From Gammaproteobacteria bacterium (GTDB taxonomy: Bacteria > Pseudomonadota > Gammaproteobacteria > UBA6186 > Azoamicaceae), in the NCBI GenBank assembly GCA_013286785.1, contig JABDFC010000007.1, positions 3,540 to 67,539 on the forward strand: a DNA stretch of 64,000 nt. Reading direction: 5' to 3'. The position numbers and the translations under genes are program-made. The notes beneath the pieces were generated by a model. That model did not search any database, was not told the origin of the DNA, and was given only the letters and a program-made list of their open reading frames with translations. Below are positions 21,846 to 32,384 of this stretch, one piece after another (position 1 is the first letter of the stretch; each line of letters starts with the position of its first letter).

Positions 21846-23015
21846 ATGAATTTGCATGAATACCAGTCAAAACAATTATTAGCGCAGTATGGGCTTCCCG
21901 TTTTAAAGGGGATTGTGGTCACTGATGTGGAGCAAGCGGGTCCGGCGGCGGTTTCATTGGGTGGGCAAAGTTGGGTTGTTAAAGCTCAAGTCCATGCCGG
22001 GGGGCGAGGGAAAGCGGGTGGCGTGAAACTGGTTAAAACGCAAGAAGAACTTGTAGACTGTGTTCGTAAATTACTGCATTCTCGATTGGTTACCTATCAA
22101 ACCACGGCGGTTGGTCAGCCGATTAATCAAATATTAATTGAAGAATCTGCTGAAGTGGAAAAAGAACTGTATTTAGGAATGGTAATTGATCGAACTAAGC
22201 AAAAAGTGGTGTTTATGGCTTCCACGGAAGGGGGCGTTGAAATTGAAAAAGTGGCACACGATTCTCCGGGTGCGATCATTAAATTGCCATTGAATCCTTT
22301 AATTGGGGTGATGCCGTATCAATGTCGGGATCTCGGAAATCAATTGGGATTAAATAGCGCTCAAATCAAAGAATTAACGAAAATCATGCAGGGACTGTAT
22401 CAACTCTTTCTGGATAAGGATTTGAGTTTAGTGGAGATTAATCCTCTGGTTATCACGAAACAAGGCACGCTTATTTGTTTAGATGCCAAATTAAATGTCG
22501 ATGACAATGCTTTATATCGTCAATCGGTCATCCGAGAGATGCGAGACACGGCTCAGGAAGACCCACGGGAAGTTCGGGCTCGGGAATGGGAGCTGAATTA
22601 TATTCCTTTGCAGGGGGATATTGGTTGTATGGTGAATGGTGCTGGTTTGGCGATGGCAACTATGGATCTCATTAAATTACAAGGCGGGAGTCCCGCCAAC
22701 TTTTTAGATGTGGGCGGAGGCGCAACCGAAGAACGAGTCAAGGAAGCGTTTAAAATTATTTTATCGGACAGTCATGTGAAAGCGGTTTTGGTGAATATTT
22801 TTGGGGGCATTGTGCGGTGCGATTTGATTGCCCAAGGGATCATCAATGCTGTGTCCGAAGTGGGGATCAAAGTTCCTGTTGTGGTTCGGTTAGAAGGAAA
22901 TCATGCCGAAGAGGCACGCCAACTCTTAAGTAAGAGTGGTTTGAATATTGTTGCGGCCAAAAGCTTTAATGAAGCAGCAAAAAGTGCGGTGCTGGCTGCA
23001 GGGGGTACATCATGA
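21846..23015 (+). CDS. sucC: succinyl-CoA synthetase beta subunit
   Basis: [13 protein letters not shown]-terminus with an ATP-grasp fold, 389 aa. Confidence 0.97.
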   Translation: MNLHEYQSKQLLAQYGLPVLKGIVVTDVEQAGPAAVSLGGQSWVVKAQVHAGGRGKAGGVKLVKTQEELVDCVRKLLHSRLVTYQTTAVGQPINQILIEESAEVEKELYLGMVIDRTKQKVVFMASTEGGVEIEKVAHDSPGAIIKLPLNPLIGVMPYQCRDLGNQLGLNSAQIKELTKIMQGLYQLFLDKDLSLVEINPLVITKQGTLICLDAKLNVDDNALYRQSVIREMRDTAQEDPREVRAREWELNYIPLQGDIGCMVNGAGLAMATMDLIKLQGGSPANFLDVGGGATEERVKEAFKIILSDSHVKAVLVNIFGGIVRCDLIAQGIINAVSEVGIKVPVVVRLEGNHAEEARQLLSKSGLNIVAAKSFNEAAKSAVLAAGGTS

Positions 23016-23887
23016 GCATCTTAATCGATAGTAATACCAAAGTTATTTGCCAGGGGTTTACCGGTAATCAGGGCACCTTTCATTCGCAACAAGCGATTGC
23101 CTATGGAACACGAATGGTTGGCGGAGTTACTCCAGGGAAGGGAGGGCAAAAGCATCTGGATCTTCCTATCTTTAATACGGTACGTGAAGCGGTGGAAGAA
23201 ACCGAAGCAGATGCCAGTGTCATTTATGTCCCAGCCCCTTTTTGTAAAGATTCGATTATTGAGGCCATTGACGCAGGTGTTCGCTTAATTGTTTGTATTA
23301 CGGAAGGCATACCAGCATTAGACATGCTGCAAGTCAAGCAATACATTGCAGATAAAGCAGTCCAAGTGATTGGCCCAAATTGTCCAGGCGTCATTACACC
23401 CGGGGCTTGTAAGATTGGCATTATGCCAGGCAATATTCATCACCCGGGTAAAGTGGGGATTGTTTCCCGATCCGGGACGCTCACCTATGAGGCGGTTAAA
23501 CAAACCACCGAGGTGGGGTTGGGGCAAAGTACCTGTGTGGGGATTGGCGGCGATCCCATTCCGGGGACGAGTTTTATAGATGTTTTGGCCTTATTTCAGG
23601 ACGACCCACAAACCGAAGCCATCGTGATGGTGGGGGAAATTGGGGGAACGGCCGAAGAAGAGGCCGCAGCGTTCATTAAAGAGCATGTCACCAAGCCGGT
23701 GATTTCCTACATCGCAGGCGTAACTGCGCCTCCAGGCAAACGTATGGGCCATGCGGGCGCCATTATCGCGGGTGGGTTGGGAACTGCAGCCGAAAAATAC
23801 CAGGCTCTAGAAGGGGCAGGTGTCCATGTTGTTCGTTCTCCTGCCGAAATCGGCAAAATGGTTGCCAGTGTCTTGAAGTATGGCTAA
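23012..23887 (+). CDS. sucD: succinyl-CoA synthetase alpha subunit
   Basis: [23 protein letters not shown] and MGHAGAI (phosphohistidine) motifs. It overlaps the sucC stop by 4 nt. Confidence 0.97.
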   Translation: MSILIDSNTKVICQGFTGNQGTFHSQQAIAYGTRMVGGVTPGKGGQKHLDLPIFNTVREAVEETEADASVIYVPAPFCKDSIIEAIDAGVRLIVCITEGIPALDMLQVKQYIADKAVQVIGPNCPGVITPGACKIGIMPGNIHHPGKVGIVSRSGTLTYEAVKQTTEVGLGQSTCVGIGGDPIPGTSFIDVLALFQDDPQTEAIVMVGEIGGTAEEEAAAFIKEHVTKPVISYIAGVTAPPGKRMGHAGAIIAGGLGTAAEKYQALEGAGVHVVRSPAEIGKMVASVLKYG

Positions 23888-24004
23888 AAAGTTAGTTTTC
23901 AAGCCAGAATATTATTTATGAACAGAGTAGTGCTGCTTGCCTTCACTCTTCAATAACTTTTTGAAAAATAGTTAATTTTCTAAGAGAGCCTTTAAAGGGT
24001 TTGG

Positions 24005-24032
24005 TTGACGAAGCTGCGATTCCCGGTATAAT
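24005..24032 (+). promoter_or_regulatory. candidate sigma70 promoter for tRNA-Lys
   Basis: TTGACG (24005-24010), a 16-nt spacer, then TATAAT (24027-24032). The -10 element ends 14 nt before the mature tRNA 5' end. Confidence 0.45.
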
Positions 24033-24046
24033 GGCAACTTTTAGCC

Positions 24047-24122
24047 GGGCCGTTAGCTCAGTCGGTAGAGCAGCGGACTTTTAATCCGTTGGTCGAAGGT
24101 TCAAATCCTTCACGGCCCACCA
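24047..24122 (+). tRNA. tRNA-Lys (anticodon UUU), encoded CCA
   Basis: A manual cloverleaf fits. The acceptor is GGGCCGT/ACGGCCC, the D arm GCTC-AGTCGGTA-GAGC and the anticodon arm GCGGA-CTTTTAA-TCCGT. The T arm is GAAGG-TTCAAAT-CCTTC, followed by discriminator A and CCA. Confidence 0.92.
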
Positions 24123-24242
24123 ACTTCTTCAATTACTTACCTTCATTTATACAAAGCCTAAGAAATCGCTTTCAGAATATTGGTGCGATTTATGGATGAG
24201 AAGGTATTACATGCAACACATTGAAATTGAAAGAGCTCGAAA

Positions 24243-24351
24243 GGGTGTCAAGTCTCGACAATAGACAAGAAATTAATTTGCCATGCCGAATTCTAGGTGT
24301 TAACTGCATGATAGCCTTTTCTTTTTTGTCTATTGTCGAGACTTGGCACCC
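24243..24351. mobile_element. MITE copy 1 (about 110 bp, 26-bp terminal inverted repeats)
   Basis: The left end is GGGTGTCAAGTCTCGACAATAGACAA and the right end is TTGTCTATTGTCGAGACTTGGCACCC. The same unit recurs at 26700, 27946/29477/30916, 29591, 33524 and 35858. Confidence 0.85.
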
Positions 24352-24354
24352 GCT

Positions 24355-24477
24355 CACATAATCGTAATATTCAACAATCGTGCCCAATAAAGTAGGCACT
24401 AAAATTTTCAATGAGTGGAAAATCTTGAATGTCGATAATTTCTTTGAATTAGCAAATAAAATGTTAATAGTACTCAT
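24355..24477 (-). pseudogene. possible N-terminal remnant of an MHS-type MFS transporter truncated by MITE copy 1
   Basis: MSTINILFANSKKL...LLGTIVEYYDYV resembles the G-x-x-x-E-W-[FY]-D-F motif at the first TM of ProP/KgtP-type transporters. The reading frame then runs straight into the MITE. Confidence 0.3.
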
Positions 24478-24761
24478 TACTCCACTCTCCCTCCGCTGGT
24501 ATTATCCAGATCAGGTATTAAGGGTTAAACGCCCCATGCGCTTTTTCAGCCAACAAAATAACCTAGCCGGCACCCCTGGTGAAGCTTAAAGGTTAATTTT
24601 GAAGCACTAAAGCTGTCAAGTGATGATCAACAGCAAATCAAACCTTACAAACTTGACGCAAAGAACAATACTAATATACACTTTTCCCAGGTTATTGATA
24701 ACCCTTCGCCATTAAAGGACTAATAATTTCATCAATAAGTATTTCAAAGGGGGGCAAGCAT

Positions 24762-26591
24762 ATGTTTTCAGCTCAACAACCTCAAACAGAATTGAATAAC
24801 TGGTTATTATTACTCCGTAATACCTTGGGGATCCAAGATTTGGACCAAAGTGATTTAACTATATCCGAGACTGAGCACACTGTAACAATAGTTACCTCTA
24901 ATGCAACCCTGGCAGAACGATTAAATGTAGTCTTAAAATCTCCAAAAACCATATATACCAGCTTACGATATAACATTAAGAGTGAAGCAAGTGCTAAACA
25001 GACGCTTGCTGAAGAGGATGGTAAATATCCACAAATACCCAAATTAGATGAATTATTAAATTTTAATTTTATTGATCATTTTTTCGCACCTGAGCTCCAT
25101 AGAAAAATTGGCGTACAATGGAAATCAGATATCAAAGAGTCTGATCATTATGTGATATGTTTTGAAATTGATTTGCTTTTACAAACCCTAACCATCGAGC
25201 AACTAAAGTTATATAAACAGTGCTTAGCGAATGCATCTTTAACTGAATTAAGAAATGCCTTAACATTTGCTACAGAACATTGTCCATTAAATAAATTACC
25301 AGACATCGCTAAAGCAGCTGGACCACTTGCTAATGTGGTAGATAAAATTATTTATACTACTAAAGATTCACAAGGAAAACCCATCGCTTGCTTTGATATA
25401 AAGCTATTATGCTATTGCTTAACTCCTCCTGTCATGCAAGTAATACCGATAGCAACCGGTTCACAAGCAGAACCACAGTTTCATATTGAGATAAATAAAA
25501 CACATTTTATTAGCTATTTAAGTACTATACTCCCAGAAGGGTTTGTTTTACATTTGCAAGAGCATCCAACGCGTCCCGGAAGTCAACTAGCATTTCCAAT
25601 TTGTTTTAATTTGGAAAGAACAATCCCGCTTGAAAATGTTATTTCTTTTGTTTTAGATAAAAGCGGCTCTATGGAAGATTGTTTCCCACAATATATTAAG
25701 GAAGTTAAGGAATTTATTGGTGAACTCAAAGAACAATCTATACACCACGTCGCACTTCAAAATACTACCATTAGAATTAGAGCCTTTAGTGACCAATCAA
25801 CCGTTCGGAAATTTTCATTACAAACCGATATTGCTAGCATTTTTGAATATTTAGATGAATTAAAGGCAGATGGTAAAACGTACTTATATGGCGCGGTAGC
25901 AGAAGAATTCTCGGCATTAGAGCCTAATTTTTCCGACAAAAATATTACTTTTGTAGTTTTTACGGATGGAGCAGATAATGTCAACACGGAAAGTTCTCTT
26001 GCAATTCTAAATGAAAAAAATATGCGCTTCAAAGAACAGGTGGAACCCCCTAAAGTATTTACTTTTGGATTAGGAAAGAACTACGATGAAAATGGTTTGC
26101 GAAAACTATCAGATTTAAGCGGTAATCAACATACACGTTTAAATGTAATCCGTGAATTTAAAAAGGGCTTAACAACACACTTAGACTCTTACTGTACCAC
26201 GGTAAAGCTAGTTAGATTTGTACAACAACAAGTTGACAATAATTTGCAAGTCTTAGAGGAAAGACAATCACAATTTTCCTTAAAAATAAGAGAAGGTCAA
26301 ATTGTACATGCTGCTGCAAATCAAACGCTAGTTGTTCCAGGATCTTTCACTGTGAACGATGAAACGTATACGGTTGCAGCTATTCCAGCGGTAGAATTGC
26401 GAGGTTTATCGGAATTACTTAGCAGTACAAGGGCTATTGAAACTGAAGTACCAGGGGAACAAAGTTTGCAAACAGGTTCGGGAGCACCCATACTATCACA
26501 ATTCCACCCAAGATCAAGACCAGCCGCAGCCACTAGACAAGACAATGACAATTCCAGAAACAAAAATAAAGGCTGGTGTATTTTAGTATAA
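24762..26591 (+). CDS. von Willebrand factor A domain protein with C-terminal CaaX box
   Basis: MIDAS elements are VLDKSGSM (DxSxS), GKTYLYGAV and VVFTDGADN. The last residues are ...SRNKNKGWCILV-stop, a Cys-aliphatic-aliphatic-X box preceded by basic residues. A G-rich Shine-Dalgarno sequence precedes the ATG. Confidence 0.75.
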   Translation: MFSAQQPQTELNNWLLLLRNTLGIQDLDQSDLTISETEHTVTIVTSNATLAERLNVVLKSPKTIYTSLRYNIKSEASAKQTLAEEDGKYPQIPKLDELLNFNFIDHFFAPELHRKIGVQWKSDIKESDHYVICFEIDLLLQTLTIEQLKLYKQCLANASLTELRNALTFATEHCPLNKLPDIAKAAGPLANVVDKIIYTTKDSQGKPIACFDIKLLCYCLTPPVMQVIPIATGSQAEPQFHIEINKTHFISYLSTILPEGFVLHLQEHPTRPGSQLAFPICFNLERTIPLENVISFVLDKSGSMEDCFPQYIKEVKEFIGELKEQSIHHVALQNTTIRIRAFSDQSTVRKFSLQTDIASIFEYLDELKADGKTYLYGAVAEEFSALEPNFSDKNITFVVFTDGADNVNTESSLAILNEKNMRFKEQVEPPKVFTFGLGKNYDENGLRKLSDLSGNQHTRLNVIREFKKGLTTHLDSYCTTVKLVRFVQQQVDNNLQVLEERQSQFSLKIREGQIVHAAANQTLVVPGSFTVNDETYTVAAIPAVELRGLSELLSSTRAIETEVPGEQSLQTGSGAPILSQFHPRSRPAAATRQDNDNSRNKNKGWCILV

Positions 26592-26654
26592 GCTAATTAT
26601 TTTTATGCCATTTCTCCTTCTCCCGGGACGGCTGAGTGCTCCCCATGAGAAGCC

Positions 26655-26811
26655 GGTGTCAAACGAAGGGTGTCAAGTCTCGAACGAAGGGTGAACGAAG
26701 GGTGTCAAGTCTCGACAATAGACAAGAAATTAATTTGCCATGCCGAATTCTAGGTACTAACTGCATGAGAGTAGCCTTTCATTTATTGTCCATTGTCGAG
26801 ACTTGACACCC
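26655..26811. mobile_element. MITE copy 2 with reiterated left-end fragments
   Basis: The full unit spans 26700-26811. It is preceded by partial left-end repeats (ggtgtcaaacgaa / gggtgtcaagtctcgaacgaa / gggtgaacgaa). Confidence 0.8.
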
Positions 26812-26857
26812 TCTCAGACATTCTTTAAGAATGTAAATAAGCCGAGGGGGAGGATCC

Positions 26858-27961
26858 ATGCAGAAAAAAACCATTGGAAAACGCATCATATTAGTTTTTT
26901 TACTTACTTCTTTTTCTTTGATGAACTCAGTTGCCCGAGGTCAAGATAAAGCTGTTTTAGCAGCTCATGTTTTAATGCCTGTTTATAATGCCAAGCAATA
27001 TATTTTAGGATCTATTCAATCTGTTTTAAATCAAGACTATGGTAATCTAAAACTACTTATTTTAAATGACGGTTCAAACGACGGCACTCTGGATACTATT
27101 CAACAGTATCTACAAGAAAATCCAAGCCTGAAAGATAAGGTGTATGTTGCTTCTATCAAGAACAATCAAGGAGTACAGCAAACACGAGTCCGATTACTAG
27201 AATGGTCAAAAAAATTAGATCCAACAGCCTATCTTTTTTGGTTGGATTCAGACGATAAATATACTGACAAAAATTTTGTAAAGGCCGTTATTGACAAAAT
27301 GAAGGAAACTAATGCAGAAATTTGTTTATTTAATTTTTCAATTGTATATGAAGATGAAAGCCAAAAAAACAATGCTGCTGGGTTATTAAAAGAGAAAGAA
27401 GTTATCCCCGAAATCATTAATACTATTTTATCGTTTCCGACTCAATCAGCAGCACCTTTAGAAATATCTAACTTATTAAGGTTTACCAGCTTGGGCTGGA
27501 CTAAAGCTTATGCTCCCACAGTTAAACTACCTATCCCAGATAATTGTCCTTTTGAAGATTTTGTTTATATGGCAGCGCTGCTGAATGCGAACCGCATTAC
27601 AGCTTTACCTGCGAAGAGAGAGCCTATTGAGCACTTGCGGAGATCTACGTCTATTTGTGGAAAACGAATGAGTAAGAATTTTACACACGACATTCCTGCA
27701 CAATTGATGAGATTTTTTAAGATTATTTTAGAAGATAATCAAACCAAAAAAGAACGATTGCAACAGTTAAAGATGGCTCAGAATTTTGTATCTAGAAAAC
27801 TAGAACAATATACGGCTACTTTAACCAAAATAGTCGAGACAAAATCCTACGCGGGTATCGATCAAAAAACACTGTATGTATATCGTAAAAAATCTGCTGA
27901 ACTTGAAAAAATCATGCAGGAAGCAATAAATCATATAGAAGCAAAGGGTGTCAAGTCTTGA
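26858..27961 (+). CDS. family 2 (GT-A) glycosyltransferase with N-terminal signal/TM segment; the last 5 codons and the stop come from a MITE
   Basis: VLMPVYNAKQYILGSIQSVLNQDYGNLKLLILNDGSNDGT and the DxD-type WLDSDD motif are present. The C-terminal ...KGVKS-stop is encoded by the MITE left end gggtgtcaagtcttga. Confidence 0.75.
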   Translation: MQKKTIGKRIILVFLLTSFSLMNSVARGQDKAVLAAHVLMPVYNAKQYILGSIQSVLNQDYGNLKLLILNDGSNDGTLDTIQQYLQENPSLKDKVYVASIKNNQGVQQTRVRLLEWSKKLDPTAYLFWLDSDDKYTDKNFVKAVIDKMKETNAEICLFNFSIVYEDESQKNNAAGLLKEKEVIPEIINTILSFPTQSAAPLEISNLLRFTSLGWTKAYAPTVKLPIPDNCPFEDFVYMAALLNANRITALPAKREPIEHLRRSTSICGKRMSKNFTHDIPAQLMRFFKIILEDNQTKKERLQQLKMAQNFVSRKLEQYTATLTKIVETKSYAGIDQKTLYVYRKKSAELEKIMQEAINHIEAKGVKS

Positions 27962-27962
27962 C

Positions 27963-29476
27963 CATATCATTACCCACAAGTCAGACTAAAAAATTCACAT
28001 AACTAACAAATTGGGTTGCAATCTCTTTTTTTAATTAATCTTAAGGAAGGGATTGTTATGGACTGGGTCATTGAGGAGTTAGCAACATTATCTTTAGGCG
28101 ACGAACGATTAAATAAACGTGCACAAACTATATTGTCACAGTTAAGTCATAACCCAAACGATAGTATTCCCGTTGCTTGCCAAGGTGCTGCAGAAACAAA
28201 AGCTGCTTATCGATTTTTTGATAATGAAAAAGTGAGTGCGGAAAAAATTCAAGAAACTCATTTTGATTCAATATTAGCCCGAATTGAGAAAAAACCTGTT
28301 GTTTTAATACCACAAGACACCACTGTTTTAAATTTTACTAATCAGCCTGAACGGAACGATGCAGGACCTACAAGCAGGAAGGGAACCAAAGGAATATTTC
28401 TCCATTGTGCTATTGCGGTAACCCCAGAAAGGGTTTGTTTAGGTGTTGTATCAAGCAAACAATGGTATAGGAGCAAGCTACAAGAATTAACGAGAAAAGA
28501 AAGAACATATAAAGACTATGCAACCTCAATAGAAATGAAAGAGAGTTATCGCTGGCTTGAAAATTACAGGATAGCTCAAGAAATCGCCCTGAGATTCACA
28601 GATACCACTATAGTTAGCATAGCTGATCGAGAAGGAGATATTTCAAATTTATGAAGAAGCTAGCCTAAATTTAAGTCATAATGGCCTTGGAGCGCATTAC
28701 TTAATTCGAGCCAAAACTGATAGAAGAACCTGTACTGAGGAAGGAAAGGAAACGGCGAACAAGATTAAAGAAACCTTAAGAAGTAAAAAATCTTTGGGAC
28801 AGATTACTGTTAAATTATCAGAAACGAGGAAGCGAAAGCCTAGGGTTGCCAAATTAAATATTTATTCTGAGAAAATAGATATTGCCTTGCCAGATAAAAT
28901 CAAGAAACCTAAAGATTATCAACCAGTTGAAATAACGGCGATTTTGTGTACTGAAGTCAAAGTTCCTAAAGGAGCGGGACGAATTGAGTGGTTATTAATT
29001 ACCGATTTACCTATTTTGAGCTTTGAAGATGCTTGTGAAAAAATTCAATGGTATACCTGTCTCTGGCAAATTGAAATATAAAATTTTAAAGAGTGGATGC
29101 AAGCTAGAAAAGGTGCAATTAACGGGTGAGAACTTCAAGGTTTGTTTGAGTTTTTATTTGATAATTGCATGGCGTACTTTATATGTTGTGATGATAGGGA
29201 GAAGTTGTCCTAACATATCATGTGAATTTGTTTTTAGTAGAGAGGAGTGGCAAACTGCTATTGTAGTTCTTTATAGAAAGAAACCGCCAAAGACGCCGCC
29301 GACATTAAATGAAATGATTCGAATGGTAGCTTCTTTAGGAGGATATTTAAATAGAAAATCAGATCCTGAACCCGGTGTCAAAACGATGTGGATAGGGTTT
29401 AGGAATCTACAAGAGCATTTAAAGGCTAAAGAAGCTTTTGAAGCCGTTTATGGAAAAACTTGTGGGTAATGATATG
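27963..29476 (+). mobile_element. IS4-family (IS50/Tn5-like) insertion sequence, decayed
   Basis: It has perfect 19-bp terminal inverted repeats, CATATCATTACCCACAAGT and its reverse complement. They resemble the Tn5 outer end ...ACACAAGT. An 8-bp direct target duplication GTCTTGAC is present at 27955-27962 and 29477-29484. Confidence 0.85.
28058..29469 (+). pseudogene. IS50-like transposase broken by two frameshifts
   Basis: MDWVIEELATLSLGDERLNKRAQTILSQL...AYRFFDNEKVSAEKI parallels the Tn5 Tnp N-terminus. The reading frame is split over three track ORFs (28016-28654, 28794-29081, 29023-29469) in three frames. Confidence 0.8.
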
Positions 29477-29545
29477 GTCTTGACAATAGACAAGAAATTA
29501 ATTTACCATGCCGAATTCTAGGTACTAACTGCATGAGAGTAGCCT

Positions 29546-29570
29546 TGGAGTGCCCCCAATTTTCCGGACA
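29546..29570 (+). mobile_element. solo IS3-like left terminal repeat
   Basis: TGGAGTGCCCCCAATTTTCCGGACA is closely related to the IRL of the adjacent IS3 (TGAAGTGCCCCTAGTTTCCCGGACA) but is followed by unrelated sequence. Confidence 0.55.
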
Positions 29571-29590
29571 CATGTTTTTACAAAGAGATA

Positions 29591-29654
29591 GGGTGTCAAG
29601 TCTCGACAATCGACATTCCCATGTTTTTTTGTCTATTGTCGAGACTTGACACCC
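29591..29654. mobile_element. short (64 bp) MITE derivative
   Basis: Both terminal repeats are retained (gggtgtcaagtctcgacaat ... ttgtctattgtcgagacttgacaccc) and the interior is deleted. Confidence 0.75.
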
Positions 29655-29735
29655 GCTCATTAGACCTGGTTGAAGTGCCCCTAGTTTCCCGGACATCTAA
29701 GTTGGTATACTTAAAGCAACTTAAGGGGTGTTCCG

Positions 29736-30023
29736 ATGAAACGCACAAAAGCACACTATGATAAAACATTTCGTGATAGAGCTATTAAATTAGCGATACA
29801 TTCTTCCCAGCCACTAGTCAAAACTGCTAAAGACCTTGGAGTTAATCCTGCAACTTTATATAAGTGGATTGAAAGAACTCAAACTTCACACAGTGGCACG
29901 TCAAATTCAAAGGAAGATATCTACACTGAAGTCATTCAATTAAGGAAAGAGAACCTCCGTTTAAAGGAGGAGCGGGAAATTTTAAAAAAGGCGGCAGTTT
30001 ACTTCGCTCAAGTATCAGAGTGA
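29736..30023 (+). CDS. IS3 family transposase OrfA (HTH)
   Basis: 95 aa with an HTH ([15 protein letters not shown]) and a leucine-zipper-like C-terminus. It ends just after the frameshift site. Confidence 0.85.
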   Translation: MKRTKAHYDKTFRDRAIKLAIHSSQPLVKTAKDLGVNPATLYKWIERTQTSHSGTSNSKEDIYTEVIQLRKENLRLKEEREILKKAAVYFAQVSE

Positions 30024-30883
30024 AGTACCAATTTATGAAAGAAAATTCTTGCCATTTTAAGGTTAGTACGCTTTGCAAAGTTCTAAAAGTATCTCGTAGC
30101 GGATATTATGAATGGTTAGGTCATAAGCCTAGTGCGAGAGAACAGGAAAATGAATCACTTAAAAATGTCATCCGAGAAGTTTATAAGAAAGGTAGAGGGG
30201 TGTATGGTTATCGTCGAATTCATGCAGCTCTACTAGGCAAAAATTTACAATGTAGCCAAAATCGCATTAATCGTTTGATGAAACAAGAAGGACTTATAGC
30301 TAAAACCAGGAGAAAGTTTAGGGTGACGACGAATTCAGCTCATCCGTTTCCTGTTTACCCTAATCATCTAGATAGAAAATTTATCGCTAAAACGCCTAAT
30401 ACAAGCTGGACTAGTGATATTACCTATATTGCAACCGAAGAAGGATGGATATATCTAGCAGTGATTTTAGATTTATATTCTCGCAAAGTAGTTGGGTGGG
30501 CTATGGATAACAGAATGACTGCAGAACTCATTAAAAGCGCATTAGAAATGGCATTTAATCACCGCCGACCTAAACCTGGGACTACTTTATTGATCCATTC
30601 AGATAGAGGAAGTCAATATGCTTCTATATCCTATCAAACCCTCATAAATCAATACGGTATGGTAGTTAGTATGAGCCGGAAAGGCAATTGCTGGGACAAC
30701 GCTGTTACTGAAAGTTTTTTTTCAACACTAAAAAAGGAGTTGATTTATTATGAAAGATATTCAAGTCGAAAAGACGCAAGTTCAAGTATTTTCGAATATA
30801 TTGAAGTTTTTTATAACCGCCAAAGGCTTCATTCAACTTTAGGGTATATTTGTCCTGAACAGTATGAGAGAATGGCTTCGTAG
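30020..30883 (+). CDS. IS3 family transposase OrfB (rve integrase core, DDE)
   Basis: DDE context is [18 protein letters not shown] and [17 protein letters not shown]. Confidence 0.9.
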   Translation: MKYQFMKENSCHFKVSTLCKVLKVSRSGYYEWLGHKPSAREQENESLKNVIREVYKKGRGVYGYRRIHAALLGKNLQCSQNRINRLMKQEGLIAKTRRKFRVTTNSAHPFPVYPNHLDRKFIAKTPNTSWTSDITYIATEEGWIYLAVILDLYSRKVVGWAMDNRMTAELIKSALEMAFNHRRPKPGTTLLIHSDRGSQYASISYQTLINQYGMVVSMSRKGNCWDNAVTESFFSTLKKELIYYERYSSRKDASSSIFEYIEVFYNRQRLHSTLGYICPEQYERMAS

Positions 30884-30952
30884 AAATTAGTGTCCGGGAA
30901 ACCAGGGGCACTCTACTTTTTACTTATTGTCCATTGTCGAGACTTGACACCT

Positions 30953-32138
30953 ATTGACTTTCATTACCAGCCTACTGTTTTTGAAATGATTGTTCAAAAG
31001 AGAGAGGTTGTAGCATGCCCCAAAGGGTGTGATGGTTCAATGAAAACAGCCCCTGGTCCCTTACAGATTTTACCTAAAGCCAAAGTGACTGAGGAATTCT
31101 TAGCTTTTCTCATTGTGAGTAAATTAGATGATAGACAACCCTTATACCATCTAGAAAAGCAATTAGAAGAACAATATGGCATTGAGTGTAATAGGCAAAC
31201 CATGGCTCGTTGGATGATTGGCTTGATGGAGCCTTTAAGGCCGATGTTTAATCTATTGAAGGATGAAGCGATTCTTTATGATGTCTCAAGCTGTGATGCC
31301 ACCACTTTACAAGTGCTTCGAGAGCCTGGCAGAGCGGCTGAGACTAAATTTTATGTGTATTGTATGCGAAGGTGGAGCGCCTGGTAAGTCTGTGGTCCTC
31401 TATGCTTATAACAATAAGCTCCATAAGGTATTTATTCAGGATTGGTATGCTGGCTTCCAAGGCTATTTATATGTGGATGGCGATAATTTCTTTGGCTGAT
31501 CGGCTCTTTAGCGGGCATTAACCTAGGGAATTGCAACTCCCACACCAGAAGGAAATTTAAACCTATTGCTAAAGGCACTAAAGGTCAAGGACTTGCCAAA
31601 GAAGCCTTACGCTTCTTTAAAGCGCTTTATAAAATCGAACGGACCGCTAAAGAGCAAAATCTTGACTATCAGGCGCGATATGAACTGCGGCAACGAGAAG
31701 CAAAACCCATTTTAGAAAAATTCAAATATTGGTTAGATGAATCTTACCCAACTATTTTACCACAATCCCCACTAGGAAAAGCCATTAATTATTGCTTAAA
31801 GCTATGGCCAGGACTCACTCGATATTTAGAAGATGGCCGTTTAGAGATAGACAACAATCTGACCGAGCAACAAATTAAACCTTTTGTGATTGCAAGGAAA
31901 AATTTTATGTTCGCTACCTCTATGGATGGAGCAGATGCACTCTGTTTGCACCTAAGCCTTATTCGAACAGCAAAACAACATGGCTTAGATCCGTACCATT
32001 ATTATGTTAAACTGTTAAAGAGCATTCCTTATTGCCAGTCGGCAGAAGATTATGAAAAACTTTTACCTTGGAATATCAATAAAGAAGATCTTCGCAAAGC
32101 CGCTTAAACAGTGCAACATGTAGTTCGCGTCCGCTTAC
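30953..32138 (+). pseudogene. IS66-family transposase (TnpC) remnant, 5'-truncated and frameshifted, with right terminal repeat
   Basis: CPKGCDGSMKTAPGP...DDRQPLYHLEKQLEE...NRQTMARWM, and later LEIDNNLTEQQIKPFVIARKNFMFA, are IS66 transposase motifs spread over several frames. The element ends in ...cgcgtccgcttac, whose reverse complement GTAAGCGGACGCG is the typical IS66 end. Confidence 0.75.
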
Positions 32139-32247
32139 AATTTTACGCATTGAAAGTTTTCCCCTCATGATCCTATCTCCATTTGTTAGTTAATAAACAT
32201 GGAGATAGATTATACAATCTACTTTGAGAAGTAACTTTTTAAAAAGT

Positions 32248-32384
32248 GTTCGCTTAACACTGAAATCCCCGTTCGATTAGGGTGAAATCAGTGTTCGCTT
32301 TTTAGTGAAATCTATGTTCGGATTGTGGTGAATTTAGCGTTCGCTTTGGAGTGAAATCGGCGTTCGTTTTGGGGTGTAATACAC
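32248..32384. repeat. six tandem direct repeats of about 23 bp, consensus GTTCGCTTTnnGGTGAAATCnnn
   Basis: The units are: GTTCGCTTAACACTGAAATCCCC / GTTCGATTAGGGTGAAATCAGT / GTTCGCTTTTTAGTGAAATCTAT / GTTCGGATTGTGGTGAATTTAGC / GTTCGCTTTGGAGTGAAATCGGC / GTTCGTTTTGGGGTGTAATACAC. Confidence 0.85.

Larger units (their letters stand above)
29671..30915 (+). mobile_element. IS3-family insertion sequence, apparently intact
   Basis: The IRL is TGAAGTGCCCCTAGTTTCCCGGACA. The reverse complement of the IRR is TAGAGTGCCCCTGGTTTCCCGGACA. orfA and orfB are in the 0 and -1 frames, with the slippery heptamer A_AAA_AAG at 29984-29990. Confidence 0.85.
27946..30952. mobile_element. MITE copy 3, split into three pieces (27946-27962, 29477-29544, 30916-30952) by IS insertions
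   Basis: Joining the three pieces reconstitutes a full MITE comparable to copies 2 and 6. The interruptions coincide exactly with IS termini. Confidence 0.75.

Noticed and set aside
761-23579. Numerous 60-130-aa ORFs on the opposite strand or in alternate frames inside glyA, ald, MFS, gltA, sdhA/B, sucA/B/D. Examples are 761-1063, 8629-8982, 8812-9036, 10879-11235, 14141-14419, 18400-18648, 20855-21253 and 23224-23579.
   Set aside because: They lie entirely within well-supported conserved genes, have no recognisable motifs and have no ribosome-binding context. They are typical shadow ORFs.
30890-30952. The start of ORF 30890-31387 (MSGKPGALYFLLIVHCRDLTP...).
   Set aside because: These codons are encoded by the IS3 right end and the MITE right end. 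The real homology to the IS66 transposase begins only after 30953, so this is a truncated pseudogene rather than a 165-aa protein.
31521-31534. TAGGGAATTGCAAC inside the IS66 remnant, and CCCTAG-containing strings at 1605, 7117 and 8306, as further dyad-box sites.
   Set aside because: They match only one half-site and fail positions 10-14 of the box. Most lie inside coding or IS sequence. They are not counted as sites.
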